Shown: positions 53,825 to 64,000, counted from the first letter of the stretch. The stretch: DNA of 64,000 bases from an uncultured Candidatus Saccharibacteria bacterium (GCA_964571085.1 CAZMZT010000001.1:18719-82718); one strand, 5' to 3'. Notes: generated by a model not told the origin, from the sequence alone. Numbers and translations: made by a program.

Positions 53825-55459
53825 CTAACTATTTTTCTCTTTTAAGAATTCGTTAACTGTCTGTCCATTTTCATAGATTTCTTTTGCAATATCTATGCCT
53901 ACGTATCTATAGTGCCAAGCTTCGTACATATAGCCAGTGATGTCTTCTTTGTCTTCTGGGTAGCTTTGGATGAATCCATACTTGTATGAATTGTCTTTTA
54001 GCCACTTGGCTTCTTTTGTAGTCTCAAATTTTTTGGCAGCGGATTCATTGTTGATAGAAGGACTTGTTAGATCAACAGCAACTCCAAGCTGATGCTCTGA
54101 ATGTCCAGGTTTTGCTACAGCAATGGATGCATTTTTATTTCCATCTTTTATATTCTGGGCAAGTATTGCCTTTTGTGTAGTATAGCTTCTAAACCCTGAG
54201 GATACTTTTATAACATGACCATCATCTTTGGCAGCTTTTATCATTTTGTTTAAGGCCAAGTTTACATCTGACTTTATACAGATAGCATAAATCGAATCAT
54301 TTTTATCTATAAGCACCAAGTCGGAAGGAATGTAAGATGTGTCCGGGATAGAGACAGTCTGCCCTACATCCAGGTATGTGTAGTCTTCATAGGTTTTCTT
54401 TGGTTGTGGACAGGTAGATTTAACTACTTTTTCTTTCTCTTTTACTATTTCAAATATCCCTTCTGGTTGGTATTTGGAGTTGAGTTTTATCAAGCGACTT
54501 TTAGTTTCTTTTAAATCTTTGCCTTCATACACAACTTCAAAGAGCATCCCTTCCATAGTGTCTTTAGAGAAGTATTGGTCAAAGATAAAGTTGCCGAGCG
54601 AGTATACAATAGGCTTGTCTTTATATATTTCGATGTCTTGTATTACATGCGGATGGTGACCTATAACCATGTCAGCGCCACTATCTATAGCTAGGTGTGC
54701 AATCTTTTCTTGTACTACATTATGAACTTTTTTATACTCTATGCCCCAGTGGAAAGAAGTGATAAGTACATCTACATCTGCTTTAGCATTTTTTATTATC
54801 TCACCAAGCCTCGGATCACTTGCTAGTAATATGCCGGGAGTAGTGCTCGTAGCTTTGAGCCAGTTTGGACCCACATCAGAGAACCCTATGAATCCAAACC
54901 TGACTCCATTCTTCTCTATGATAGCTGGGTTCTCGGCCTCGGATTTTGTAAGCCCTGCACCAGTTTGTAGTATGCCTTCGCTAGAGAGCCTTGCCAATGT
55001 ATCAGTAAATGCAGGTACGTTCCAGTCGCCAACATGGTTATTAGCAAAGGACACTATATCAAACCCAGCATTCCTCAGTGCTGGGAGTACAAGCGGATCC
55101 ATGCGGAAAGAATACTTACTACCGACATTGTTGCCAATGTCTGACACATCGCCCTCAAGGTTGCCAAAGAGTATGTCAGCGTTTTTGAGTTCGCCCAAGT
55201 TTTCAAATAGTTTGTTGTAATCACCGCCGAAATTCTTGACTACAGATGTACGAACACTACGGTCAAGCATCATGTCACCCACAAAGTAAAGCGTAGTTAC
55301 TTTGGGTAGCTCTGGTCCTACGACCTGAGCGGTCTGCTGCGTGTTCAAATCTGTTGATATTTTAGCCTTACTTATTGTTTTTGTTACAAAAAACCCTGAG
55401 GTAAACCCTACAGTAGCAAGTAGTGCGAGTGACAATAAAGATATAAATTTTTTCTTCAT
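53825..55459 (-). CDS. Secreted or anchored fusion of a CapA/PgsA-like metallophosphoesterase domain and a C-terminal M15B (VanY-like) D-Ala-D-Ala carboxypeptidase domain.
   Basis: A signal/TM region is present. The CapA-like 'YFVGDMMLDR...GNLEG...ANNHVGDW' is present. M15 motifs 'SGFRSYTTQ', 'GHSEHQLGVAVD' and 'EAWHYRYVG' are present. Confidence 0.7.
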   Translation of the reverse strand: MKKKFISLLSLALLATVGFTSGFFVTKTISKAKISTDLNTQQTAQVVGPELPKVTTLYFVGDMMLDRSVRTSVVKNFGGDYNKLFENLGELKNADILFGNLEGDVSDIGNNVGSKYSFRMDPLVLPALRNAGFDIVSFANNHVGDWNVPAFTDTLARLSSEGILQTGAGLTKSEAENPAIIEKNGVRFGFIGFSDVGPNWLKATSTTPGILLASDPRLGEIIKNAKADVDVLITSFHWGIEYKKVHNVVQEKIAHLAIDSGADMVIGHHPHVIQDIEIYKDKPIVYSLGNFIFDQYFSKDTMEGMLFEVVYEGKDLKETKSRLIKLNSKYQPEGIFEIVKEKEKVVKSTCPQPKKTYEDYTYLDVGQTVSIPDTSYIPSDLVLIDKNDSIYAICIKSDVNLALNKMIKAAKDDGHVIKVSSGFRSYTTQKAILAQNIKDGNKNASIAVAKPGHSEHQLGVAVDLTSPSINNESAAKKFETTKEAKWLKDNSYKYGFIQSYPEDKEDITGYMYEAWHYRYVGIDIAKEIYENGQTVNEFLKEKNS

Positions 55460-55460
55460 A

Positions 55461-57440
55461 TTATACTATTGAGTAATCTATAGTTTTCTTATTCATATCA
55501 GCACCTTTGACTTCGAACTTCACACGGTCACCCAAGGTGTATTTACGGCGAGTCTTCTTGCCTTCGATACTCATGTATTTCTTGTCGAAAGTATAGTAGT
55601 CGTCTTTGAGGTCGCGCATGCGTACCATACCTTCACATTTAGTTTGCATGTCTTCGATATACAGACCCCATTCAGTCACACCTGTGATGACACCATCAAA
55701 CTTCTTGCCTATACGAGTCGACATGTATTCAACTTGTTTGTATTTGATAGATGCACGTTCAGCTTCAGCTGCTTCTTTCTCTCGGTTGGATGCTTCGGAA
55801 CTCATCTCCTCGTATTCTAGGAACCGCTCTTTAGGTATGACTTTGTCTTGTAGATAGAGCGCGAGTAATCGATGAACTATCACGTCAGGATAGCGACGAA
55901 TAGGGGATGTGAAGTGAGTATAGAATTTGAATCCAAGTCCATAGTGACCGATGTTCTTGGTAGAGTATATGGCTTTTGCCATGGTGCGGATGATGGCGGT
56001 GTGGACAGTGTCGCGAAGGGGGTTGTGCTCGAGTTTACCTACTAGTACATTAATCTCTTCAGAAGGAACAACTCCATTTTTGAGTTTCATATTGTAGCCG
56101 AGCTTCTTTAGGAAAGACACTAGGTCCTGCATGCGTTCTTTGTTTGGTGCATCGTGGATACGATATAGGAACACTCCCTCAGGGCTACCTTTCTTGGGTG
56201 CCATATGCTCTGCTACACGGCGGTTAGCAAGTAGCATGAACTCCTCGATGAGTTTGTTGGTATCACCGCGTTCCTTAGTATAGACAGATAGTGGTACACC
56301 ATTGTCATCGAGTTTAAACTTCACCTCTTCTTGTTCGAGAGATATTGCCCCTTCGTCAAAACGCTTTTTTAGGAGCTTCTTAGCTATATTGTTTAATGTA
56401 GAAAGTTCGTTATAGAATTCTCCGTGTCCGTCGTCGAGAACCTTTTGTGCATTTTCATATGTAAATCTTTTGTCAGAGTGTATGACAGTTCGACCAAACC
56501 ACTCATTATGAACCTTGCCGTTGGTGTCTATTTCAAATACTGCACCAAATGTAAGTCGGTCAACATTCGGGTTTAAACTACAAAGCCCATTTGAAAGTTC
56601 TTCTGGGAGCATAGGGATAGTGCGGTCAACGAGGTAGACCGATGTGCCACGGCGGCGAGCTTCTTCATCGAGTGCTGTGCCTATCTTCACATAATGCGAT
56701 ACATCAGCGATGTGGATACCGACTTCAAAGTGACCATTGGGGAGCTTTTTAAAAGACAGTGCGTCGTCGAAGTCTTTGGCGTCCTCGGGATCTATGGTAA
56801 ATGTCGTAGTCGTTCTCATGTCGCGACGTCCACGCATGTCAGACTCCGTGATGCCTTCTTTAGCAATTTTCTCAGCCTCCTTTTCAACACTAGGAGGGAA
56901 TAGAGCATCGAAACCTTTCTCGAGTGCGATGGCTTCCATCTCAGCATTGTGCTCCATTGGCATACCTAGTATTTTATTTACCTCACCTATTGGAGCTTTC
57001 TTGGCGTCTTTCCATTCAGTGATGACCACGAAAACTTTTTGTCCAACTTTAGCGCCGTTTAGCTTGCTCTCAGGTATGACAATGTCTGAGTACATTTTCA
57101 AGTCACTTGGTATCAGGAAGTAGGTGTCGTGTTCACGCTCAAGAATACCTGCGAACCCTTTTTTGGATCTGCGGAGTATTTCTGCTACTTCACCAGTCTG
57201 AATCCCATCCTTTCTTTTAGGATGTAGTAGTATACGCACAGTGTCTCCATGACATGCTGTATGGAGGAATGTGTGATCCACCTCTATAACATCGTCTGTG
57301 CCCTTTATTCGCACTGAGCCAATACCCTTGTGGGATATGTGGATAATACCCTCAATATGCCTTGTAGAGTGAATAGGAGCTTTTGGTGAGTGTTTGTGTT
57401 TATGAGGCCTTTTATAGGCCTTCTTCTCTAGTTTTTTCAC
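55461..57440 (-). CDS. rnr: Ribonuclease R (RNase II family, VacB).
   Basis: Cold-shock/OB N-terminal, RNB catalytic region ('LDDALS', 'HYGLGFKFYTHFTSPIRRYPD') and a C-terminal S1 domain are present. Confidence 0.85.
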   Translation of the reverse strand: MKKLEKKAYKRPHKHKHSPKAPIHSTRHIEGIIHISHKGIGSVRIKGTDDVIEVDHTFLHTACHGDTVRILLHPKRKDGIQTGEVAEILRRSKKGFAGILEREHDTYFLIPSDLKMYSDIVIPESKLNGAKVGQKVFVVITEWKDAKKAPIGEVNKILGMPMEHNAEMEAIALEKGFDALFPPSVEKEAEKIAKEGITESDMRGRRDMRTTTTFTIDPEDAKDFDDALSFKKLPNGHFEVGIHIADVSHYVKIGTALDEEARRRGTSVYLVDRTIPMLPEELSNGLCSLNPNVDRLTFGAVFEIDTNGKVHNEWFGRTVIHSDKRFTYENAQKVLDDGHGEFYNELSTLNNIAKKLLKKRFDEGAISLEQEEVKFKLDDNGVPLSVYTKERGDTNKLIEEFMLLANRRVAEHMAPKKGSPEGVFLYRIHDAPNKERMQDLVSFLKKLGYNMKLKNGVVPSEEINVLVGKLEHNPLRDTVHTAIIRTMAKAIYSTKNIGHYGLGFKFYTHFTSPIRRYPDVIVHRLLALYLQDKVIPKERFLEYEEMSSEASNREKEAAEAERASIKYKQVEYMSTRIGKKFDGVITGVTEWGLYIEDMQTKCEGMVRMRDLKDDYYTFDKKYMSIEGKKTRRKYTLGDRVKFEVKGADMNKKTIDYSIV

Positions 57441-57520
57441 TTCGATAGTATAGCATAAGATAAGCCTTATTTAGGGGCTTGATTCTATAATCCCTTTATG
57501 TTAGTATAAGCCCTATGTTA

Positions 57521-57820
57521 ATGATTCGACTACAAAGAACAGGACGCAAGAACGACGCCTCTTTCAGGGTTGTTTTGACTGATTCTAAGAACGCTGCCAA
57601 GAGCGGTAAATTTAAAGAAATACTCGGTTCATATGCTCCTAAGAGTGGGGAGGTTATTTTCAAGGCTGACCGTATAAAGCACTGGATGAGCTTTGGTGCG
57701 CAGGCATCAGACACAGTTCACAACTTCCTTGTCCACCAGAAAATAGTTGAAGGCAAGAAGAAGAACGTGTTGTCCAAGAAGTCTCCAACTAAAGCGCGCA
57801 AAGAACTCAAAAAAGTTTAA
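57521..57820 (+). CDS. rpsP: 30S ribosomal protein S16.
   Basis: 'MIRLQRTGRKNDASFRVVLTDSKNAAKSGKFKEILGSYAP' is present. Confidence 0.85.
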   Translation: MIRLQRTGRKNDASFRVVLTDSKNAAKSGKFKEILGSYAPKSGEVIFKADRIKHWMSFGAQASDTVHNFLVHQKIVEGKKKNVLSKKSPTKARKELKKV

Positions 57821-57825
57821 ACAAA

Positions 57826-57856
57826 AGAACTCCCGAAAGGGAGTTTTCTTGTTTTA
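57826..57856 (+). terminator. Intrinsic terminator or attenuator between rpsP and the KH-domain gene.
   Basis: The stem AACTCCC-GAAA-GGGAGTT is followed by TTTCTTGTTTT. Confidence 0.6.
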
Positions 57857-57933
57857 TAATTGTGATATACTTAAAGGAAGCAGGTTTCTAGTCGATACAC
57901 TGCAGAAATTACGAATAAGACGATAAAAAGATT

Positions 57934-58278
57934 ATGGCAGATGATAAAGCATTCTTAGAATATGTAGTAAAAGCACTAGTAGATAACCCAAACGATGTAA
58001 AGATTGACCGCACTGTAGATGAAATGGGTGTACTTATAACTATGACAGTCAATGGGGCAGATATGGGTAAGATAATCGGCCGACAAGGCAACACTGCCAA
58101 AGCTATCCGCACACTTCTACGTGTAATCGGTATGAAGAACAACGCTCGTGTTAACCTCAAGATCAACGAGCCAGAAGTTGGTATCCAAGAACACAAAGAA
58201 GCCCCAGCTTCTTCAATGAGTGCAGGGGAAGCTTCACGAAGTGTCGATGCGGCACTAGATGATCTAAAAGGAATCTAA
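57934..58278 (+). CDS. khpA: KH-domain RNA-binding protein (KhpA/YlqC-like) with a C-terminal extension.
   Basis: The KH motif 'IIGRQGNTAKAIRTLLRV' is present. It occupies the conserved position after rpsP. Confidence 0.7.
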   Translation: MADDKAFLEYVVKALVDNPNDVKIDRTVDEMGVLITMTVNGADMGKIIGRQGNTAKAIRTLLRVIGMKNNARVNLKINEPEVGIQEHKEAPASSMSAGEASRSVDAALDDLKGI

Positions 58279-58291
58279 TTTGCTTCATAAG

Positions 58292-58330
58292 AAAAAGTCA
58301 GCTCCTAAAGGTGCTGACTTTTTTGTCTTT
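58292..58330. terminator. Bidirectional intrinsic terminator between the KH gene and a convergent orphan gene.
   Basis: An 11-bp stem AAAAAGTCAGC/GCTGACTTTTT with a 10-nt loop is followed by a T-tract. Confidence 0.6.
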
Positions 58331-58340
58331 CCGTTATATT

Positions 58341-58670
58341 TTAGGGCTTATAATCAATAGCCCAAGTAATCCATAAATCAATGTTGCCGCCAAGTATTAT
58401 CTTTGTTTCTATCCCTTCTTTATCTTTTATGCCACAAAGTAACAATATCCATCCATGTTCAACTTTATTTTTTTCTTTAGGATTAAGTTGATTCAAATGG
58501 CTCCTTATTACTGCTAGATATCTTCCTATATCGTTTATTACCGACCCACCATTTTCAAGTAAAGCTTTCGAATATTTTGAATCACTATATATAGATTCTG
58601 CTTCATCATTATCGTGAAGTAAAGCATTTGTGAATTCTCTCATCAGATCTGGGGTTGTTAATTTTTTCAT
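58341..58670 (-). CDS. Hypothetical 109-aa protein on the opposite strand inside the rpsP-khpA-trmD block.
   Basis: It is a clean ORF with its own terminator. No recognisable motif was found. It sits where rimM is normally found. Confidence 0.4.
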   Translation of the reverse strand: MKKLTTPDLMREFTNALLHDNDEAESIYSDSKYSKALLENGGSVINDIGRYLAVIRSHLNQLNPKEKNKVEHGWILLLCGIKDKEGIETKIILGGNIDLWITWAIDYKP

Positions 58671-58750
58671 GGTGCTAAGTTTTTAGTTAATCTAACTATA
58701 CCTATATATAGATAAGTGTCAAACAAGAGGCTTTATGCTATATTGACCAT

Positions 58751-59440
58751 ATGAATTTCCATGTAGTAACCCTGTTTCCAGAGATGTTTGGCTCCTATCT
58801 AGGCGAGTCTATAATAGGCAGGGCTATAAAGGAGAAGAAGATAACTGTATCAATTGTAAACCCTCGCAATTTCGTCAGTGGCAAGTATAGAAAAGTCTGG
58901 CCAGACGGCAATGTGTCACTACAGATAGACGAGCGTCCATATGGAGGAGGGCCTGGTATGGTAATGATGGCAGAGCCAATCATAAAGGCAGTAGAGCAAA
59001 TAACTAAGAAAATATCCAAGAAGAAAAAGTCAAAAGTACTCATCATAAACTTTATTCCTTCTTCAGAAAAATTCACAACAAAGGCAGCAAAAAGTATTTC
59101 AAAGAAATATACCGATGTAATTATGATCTGCGGACGCTATGAAGGCATAGATGCCCGTGTCGACAAAATTCTTAAAACAAAAAAGTTCTCGATAGGGGAC
59201 TATGTGCTAACTGGCGGGGAAATACCCGCTATGGTTTTGATCGACTCTATCTCACGCCAAGTAGAAGGGGTTTTAGGGAACTTCGATTCTCGTGAAGAAG
59301 AACGTACTTCGTCTAGCGAAGTTTACACACGACCAGAGATATTAATTCATAATAAAAAGAAGCACAGAGTGCCCAAAGTCCTGCTTTCTGGACACCAGAA
59401 GAAAATAGAGGAGTGGAAATTGACAAATAAATCCAAATAG
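58751..59440 (+). CDS. trmD: tRNA (guanine37-N1)-methyltransferase.
   Basis: 'FHVVTLFPEMF', 'GRYEGIDARV' and 'SIGDYVLTGGE' are present. Confidence 0.9.
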   Translation: MNFHVVTLFPEMFGSYLGESIIGRAIKEKKITVSIVNPRNFVSGKYRKVWPDGNVSLQIDERPYGGGPGMVMMAEPIIKAVEQITKKISKKKKSKVLIINFIPSSEKFTTKAAKSISKKYTDVIMICGRYEGIDARVDKILKTKKFSIGDYVLTGGEIPAMVLIDSISRQVEGVLGNFDSREEERTSSSEVYTRPEILIHNKKKHRVPKVLLSGHQKKIEEWKLTNKSK

Positions 59441-59609
59441 TATATTATTGGAGCCTAGTGAAATTCGATTGAGTAATGGCAGATCAATCACTACTTTTAA
59501 GTTAAGACAAGCGCGCTTGTGTCAAAACTACATAACTGCCAATTATAAATAGTTTAAGAAGGCTCGGTTTGGTCACCGTTGCTTTTTGTGTTTTTATTTT
59601 CAAATTATT

Positions 59610-62600
59610 ATGAAGAAAACAGCTACGATCGAGAAGAAGTATTTTGCGCGGTACAAGAAACCGCTAGTTAAGTTCCCAAATCTTATAGAGAACCAACTGG
59701 TCTCTTTCAACTGGTTAGTTGAGAATGGTATCAAGGAAGTATTCAAAGAATTCTCTCCTATCAACGACTACTCTGAGAAGAAGTTCCAGCTCGACTTCAC
59801 TTCGTTCTCTCTAGGTGAACCAAAGTTTGATGAAGAGTATACAAAGATCAACAAACTGACTTACGAAGGTCAGCTCAAAGCTCGCGTCAAACTCCTCAAC
59901 AAGAGCATTGGCACTTCTAAAGAACAAGAAATCTTCATGGCTGACGTACCGCTGATGACCAAGCACGGTACATTTATCATCAACGGAGTAGAGCGTGTCA
60001 TCGTTCCTCAGCTCACACGTTCTTTTGGAGTATTCTTTACTGAATCAGAGTCAAAAGGTAAGCGCTACTTTGGTGCAAAAATAATCCCTGCTCGTGGTGT
60101 ATGGATAGAAGTAGAGTCCGACCCAGACGGTGGCATATACGTACGTATCGATAAAAAGCGCAAATTCTCAGTTGCGTCACTACTTCGCGTACTCGGACTT
60201 GCAACTGACGAGGCTATAATGAAAGCATTCCCGAAAGCAAGTGAAGAAGTAATAAAAGCTTTGAAAATATGCCTAGAAAAGGATCCAGCCAAGACTCTAT
60301 CTGACTCATACATAGAGATCTACAAGCGTCTTCGTGATGGCGATCTAGCTACAGCTGACAATGCACGTGAATTTATCAACGTCCTACTTTCAGGAGAGCG
60401 ATACGACCTTTCTCCTGTTGGACGATTCCGTTTCAACAAGCGCTTTGAAAAGAGTATGGATGATAAGGAAATGGAACGCCGCACTATATCTGCAGACGAT
60501 GTAGCTTCTATTGTTGCTCATATAGTAGAACTCAACAACACTCCTCATGCTAAAGCCGACGACATCGATCACCTAGGTCAACGCCGAGTAAGATATGTAG
60601 GTGAAATGTTCCAGCAGAAGATTCGCATGGGTATGGCTCAGATCAAGCGCAACATCCAGGACCGCATGTCTACTATAGATGTCGCTACATCACTTCCAAT
60701 CGCTATCATAAACCAGCGTCCACTCCAAGCTCGTATCAAGGAGTTCTTTACTGCCAACCAACTTTCACAATTCATGAACCAAGAAAACGTCATGGCCGAA
60801 GTCGAGCACCTTCGAACTCTTTCAGCGCTTGGTCCAGGAGGACTTACACGTGAGCGTGCAGGACTTGAAGTTCGTGACGTACACACATCCCACTACGGTC
60901 GTGTATGTCCTATCCACACACCAGAAGGTCCAAACATCGGTTTGATCCTCCACCTTTCAACATATGCCAAGATCAATGAGTTTGGAATAATCGAGACTCC
61001 ATATATAAAAGTAAACAAAGGCAAGATCACTTCTGAGGTAGTTTACCTAAACGCTCTCGAAGAAGAGAAGTTCAACATTGCTCACGCTGGTATCGACTAC
61101 GATGAGAACGGCAACATCCTCGAAGACCGTGTTGAAGCCCGACTATCTACAAAGCCAGGTATGATCTCAAAGAGCGAGATCGACTATATAGACGTAGCAA
61201 CAAACCAAGCTTTCTCTGTGGCTACATCTATGATCCCATTCCTCGAACACGACGATGCTCACCGAACACTCATGGGAAGTAACATGCAGAAGCAGGCACT
61301 TCCTTGTATAGTTCCTGAAGCCCCACTTGTCGCTACCGGCATGGAAGAACTAGCGTCTCGGGACTCTGGTCGCCTTATAGTTGCCGAAGTTGCTGGAACT
61401 ATCTCATATGTAGATGGCAAGAAGATAAGTGTAAAAGATGACAAAGGTAAAGAACACACATATCCACTTATCAGTTTTTCTCGTACAAACAACTTTTCTG
61501 TATTCCATCAGCGTCCAAGTGTCTCTCTAGGTGAGCATGTAAAGAAAGGCCAAGTCCTCGCAGACACCAGTACTACAGACCGTGGACAGATAGCTCTCGG
61601 ACAGAACGCACTTGTTGCATTTATGTCATGGGGAGGTGCCAACTACGAAGATGCGATCATACTCTCTGAGCGTCTTGTAAAGCAGAGTAAATTCACAAGT
61701 ATCTATGTTACTGAATTCGTCTGTAACGTTCGCGACACAAAGCTTGGTCCAGAGATAACTACACGCGACATACCAAACGTCGGCGAAAACAAATTGAAAG
61801 ACCTCGACGAAGACGGCATCGTTGTGGTCGGAGCTGAAGTCCGCGAGAACGACATACTAGTCGGAAAAATCACTCCAAAAGGCGAGACAGAGCTTACTCC
61901 AGAAGAGCGCCTACTCCGATCGATCTTTACTGAGAAAGCTCGAGATGTAAAAGACACTTCACTACGCCTTGAACACGGCAAAAAAGGTCGTGTTACAGGA
62001 GTCAAAATATTCTCTCGCGACCAAGGCCACAACCTAGAGTCAGGTATCATAAAGAGAATCGTTGTTGAGATCGCTCAGATCCGCAACATCTCAGTTGGAG
62101 ACAAGCTCGCAGGACGTCACGGTAACAAAGGCGTTATATCTGTCATTCTTCCAGAAGAAGAAATGCCATTCATGCAAGATGGTACACCTATAGACATTAT
62201 ACTTACTCCACTCGGAGTTCCGTCTCGTATGAACCTAGGTCAGGTCCTCGAAATGCATCTCGGTTATGCTGCGCATACACTTGGTTATCAAGCAATAGTG
62301 CCTCCGTTCTCATCTGCATCAGTTCCAGAGATCAAGGCCGAGCTTGTAAAAGCAGGAATGCCAGAGAGTGGTAAAGTCACTCTATACGACGGACGCACCG
62401 GAGATGCTTTTGACCAAGATGTAGCTATCGGTTACATGTACATGCTCAAGCTTCACCACATGGTGGAAGACAAACTTCACATGCGTTCTATCGGACCATA
62501 CTCTCTCATCACACAGCAACCACTTGGAGGTAAAGCTCAAGGTGGAGGACAGAGATTTGGAGAAATGGAGGTCTGGGCACTTGAAGGTCATGGTGCCGCA

Positions 62601-62783
62601 TATGCTCTACGTGAAATGCTTACAATAAAGTCTGATGACATCATGGGTCGTTCACAGACATTTGACGCAATTATCAAAGGTCAAACAATAGGGGAGCCAA
62701 ATGTTCCTGCATCGTTCAATGTACTCCTAAACTACCTACGAGGTCTTGCTCTCGATGTAGATCTTAAGAATCAAGCGGAATAA
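59610..62783 (+). CDS. rpoB: DNA-directed RNA polymerase beta subunit, compact roughly 1057-aa form.
   Basis: Conserved rpoB blocks 'GPGGLTRERAGLEVRDVHTSHYGR.CPI.TPEGPNIGL' and 'NMQ(K/R)QA.P' are present, and the C-terminal 'GGQRFGEMEVWALEGHGAAY'. The start is probably the Met at 59610. Confidence 0.9.
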   Translation: MKKTATIEKKYFARYKKPLVKFPNLIENQLVSFNWLVENGIKEVFKEFSPINDYSEKKFQLDFTSFSLGEPKFDEEYTKINKLTYEGQLKARVKLLNKSIGTSKEQEIFMADVPLMTKHGTFIINGVERVIVPQLTRSFGVFFTESESKGKRYFGAKIIPARGVWIEVESDPDGGIYVRIDKKRKFSVASLLRVLGLATDEAIMKAFPKASEEVIKALKICLEKDPAKTLSDSYIEIYKRLRDGDLATADNAREFINVLLSGERYDLSPVGRFRFNKRFEKSMDDKEMERRTISADDVASIVAHIVELNNTPHAKADDIDHLGQRRVRYVGEMFQQKIRMGMAQIKRNIQDRMSTIDVATSLPIAIINQRPLQARIKEFFTANQLSQFMNQENVMAEVEHLRTLSALGPGGLTRERAGLEVRDVHTSHYGRVCPIHTPEGPNIGLILHLSTYAKINEFGIIETPYIKVNKGKITSEVVYLNALEEEKFNIAHAGIDYDENGNILEDRVEARLSTKPGMISKSEIDYIDVATNQAFSVATSMIPFLEHDDAHRTLMGSNMQKQALPCIVPEAPLVATGMEELASRDSGRLIVAEVAGTISYVDGKKISVKDDKGKEHTYPLISFSRTNNFSVFHQRPSVSLGEHVKKGQVLADTSTTDRGQIALGQNALVAFMSWGGANYEDAIILSERLVKQSKFTSIYVTEFVCNVRDTKLGPEITTRDIPNVGENKLKDLDEDGIVVVGAEVRENDILVGKITPKGETELTPEERLLRSIFTEKARDVKDTSLRLEHGKKGRVTGVKIFSRDQGHNLESGIIKRIVVEIAQIRNISVGDKLAGRHGNKGVISVILPEEEMPFMQDGTPIDIILTPLGVPSRMNLGQVLEMHLGYAAHTLGYQAIVPPFSSASVPEIKAELVKAGMPESGKVTLYDGRTGDAFDQDVAIGYMYMLKLHHMVEDKLHMRSIGPYSLITQQPLGGKAQGGGQRFGEMEVWALEGHGAAYALREMLTIKSDDIMGRSQTFDAIIKGQTIGEPNVPASFNVLLNYLRGLALDVDLKNQAE

Positions 62784-62807
62784 TTAGCAACCTAATATAT
62801 AAAATAT

Positions 62808-64000
62808 ATGAAAACAATTGATACAACTGACTTTGATTCAATAACACTAAAACTCGCAAGTCCTGAAAGGATACAAGAGTGGTCATATGGTGAGGTTACC
62901 AAACCCGAGACCATCAACTACCGAACTGGTCGCTCTGAGCGCTCAGGTCTATTCGACGAGCGTATATTCGGTCCAGAAAAGGACTATGAATGTTACTGTG
63001 GTAAATACCGACGTATCCGTTACAAGGATATAGTTTGTGAAAAATGTGGAGTCGAGGTCACTCGCTCTATCGTTCGTCGTGATCGTATGGGTCACATAGA
63101 GCTAGCAAGCCCTGTGGCACACATATGGTTCCTACGTGGTGTGCCATCTCGTATGTCTATACTCCTAAACATTCCAGTTAGTGACCTAGAGAAAGTCATA
63201 TACTTTGCTGGTTATATCATCACAAATGTTCATGCTACTGAAAAAGAAGGCATAATCAAGAACCTAGAAAGTGAATTTAAGTCTAAAGTCAAAAGTGCTG
63301 CAAGTGATGAAGAGAAAGAAAAGCTCAAGGAACTACTCACAAACACAAAGCGTGAGATCAACGACATAGTCCCAGGCAAAGTTCTAAATGAGATAGCATA
63401 TCACCACTTTGGACTCAAGTACGGTTCATGCTTTGAAGCAAGTATCGGTGCTGAAGCAATATTTACACTTTTCAAGAATCTAAACCTTGAGAAGCTCAAA
63501 GCTGAGACACTAGCACTTATACCAAAAGCATCAAGCATCGACAAAGAAAAGCTAGAGAAGCGTATGTCACTTATACGCTCTATGTTACATTCTGGTATTC
63601 GTCCTGAGTGGATGTTCCTTACCGTCATCCCAGTCATACCTCCAGCACTTCGTCCGATGGTGGCTCTTGATGGTGGACGACATGCGACAAGTGATCTAAA
63701 CGACCTTTACCGCCGTGTTATCAACCGTAACAACCGTTTGAAAAAGTTGAAAGAAATCGGTGCACCAGATGTGATCCTCCGCAACGAAAAACGTATCCTC
63801 CAAGAAGCAGTCGATGCATTGATAGACAACTCTATCGCCAAGCAGAACGACTCTCAGGCTATTTCCCAGAGTCAGAAGCGTGCACTCAAGTCACTGTCAG
63901 ACAACCTTAAATCAAAACAAGGATTGTTCCGTCAGAACCTTCTTGGTAAACGTGTGGACTACTCTGGACGTTCTGTTATCGTTGTTGGTCCTCAGCTTAA
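62808..64000 (+). CDS. rpoC: DNA-directed RNA polymerase beta' subunit, 3'-truncated by the window edge.
   Basis: '[36 protein letters not shown]' is the zinc-binding N-terminus. 'NADFDGD'-proximal blocks begin. The frame is open to position 64000. Confidence 0.9.
   Translation, partial: MKTIDTTDFDSITLKLASPERIQEWSYGEVTKPETINYRTGRSERSGLFDERIFGPEKDYECYCGKYRRIRYKDIVCEKCGVEVTRSIVRRDRMGHIELASPVAHIWFLRGVPSRMSILLNIPVSDLEKVIYFAGYIITNVHATEKEGIIKNLESEFKSKVKSAASDEEKEKLKELLTNTKREINDIVPGKVLNEIAYHHFGLKYGSCFEASIGAEAIFTLFKNLNLEKLKAETLALIPKASSIDKEKLEKRMSLIRSMLHSGIRPEWMFLTVIPVIPPALRPMVALDGGRHATSDLNDLYRRVINRNNRLKKLKEIGAPDVILRNEKRILQEAVDALIDNSIAKQNDSQAISQSQKRALKSLSDNLKSKQGLFRQNLLGKRVDYSGRSVIVVGPQL

Overview
This 64-kb window is gene-dense with almost no non-coding DNA. 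It looks like a reduced-genome bacterium, possibly Patescibacteria/CPR-like, though that is an inference from gene content only. Evidence: shortened PheS, PheT, ThrS, SMC and RpoB; a NusB-Nudix fusion; leaderless or short-leader promoters with strong -10 boxes; and very large surface proteins. The housekeeping flanks hold a consecutive purine block (purE-purM-purC-purB), NDH-2, murI, an ABC exporter, a UvrD-like helicase fused to a Cas4-like Fe-S nuclease, pheST, gyrB, thrS, rpmF, nusB-nudix, rnc, smc, a CapA-VanY fusion, rnr, rpsP-khpA-trmD, rpoB and the start of rpoC. The centre (15.6-44.5 kb, all + strand) is a roughly 29-kb cell-surface island. It contains a 3240-aa N-terminally anchored protein built from phage-tail-fibre-like repeat modules, a beta-lactamase-fold serine hydrolase, and a 2990-aa signal-peptide protein with autotransporter-associated beta-strand repeats, a roughly 320-aa internal duplication and an unusual C-terminus with poly-Gly tracts and two 'GGSGYxSxPTV' repeats. 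These are followed by seven consecutive secreted or membrane-anchored genes. Among them are two paralogous beta-rich secreted proteins sharing a C-terminal '...NDYxDxITFIATxTF' end, and a chaperone/Ig-like protein with a C-terminal transmembrane anchor. One protein carries a textbook duplicated dockerin calcium-binding motif, and two membrane-anchored proteins have cohesin-like domains. Next come two tandem membrane-anchored SBP_bac_3 (solute-binding fold) proteins with short cytoplasmic coiled-coil tails. I interpret the block as a candidate, apparently undescribed, surface attachment and display system: giant fibres plus pilus-like subunits plus a minimal cohesin-dockerin scaffold. Shared short DNA motifs in its intergenic regions may mark co-regulation. 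No rRNA, tRNA, CRISPR arrays or transposases were seen.
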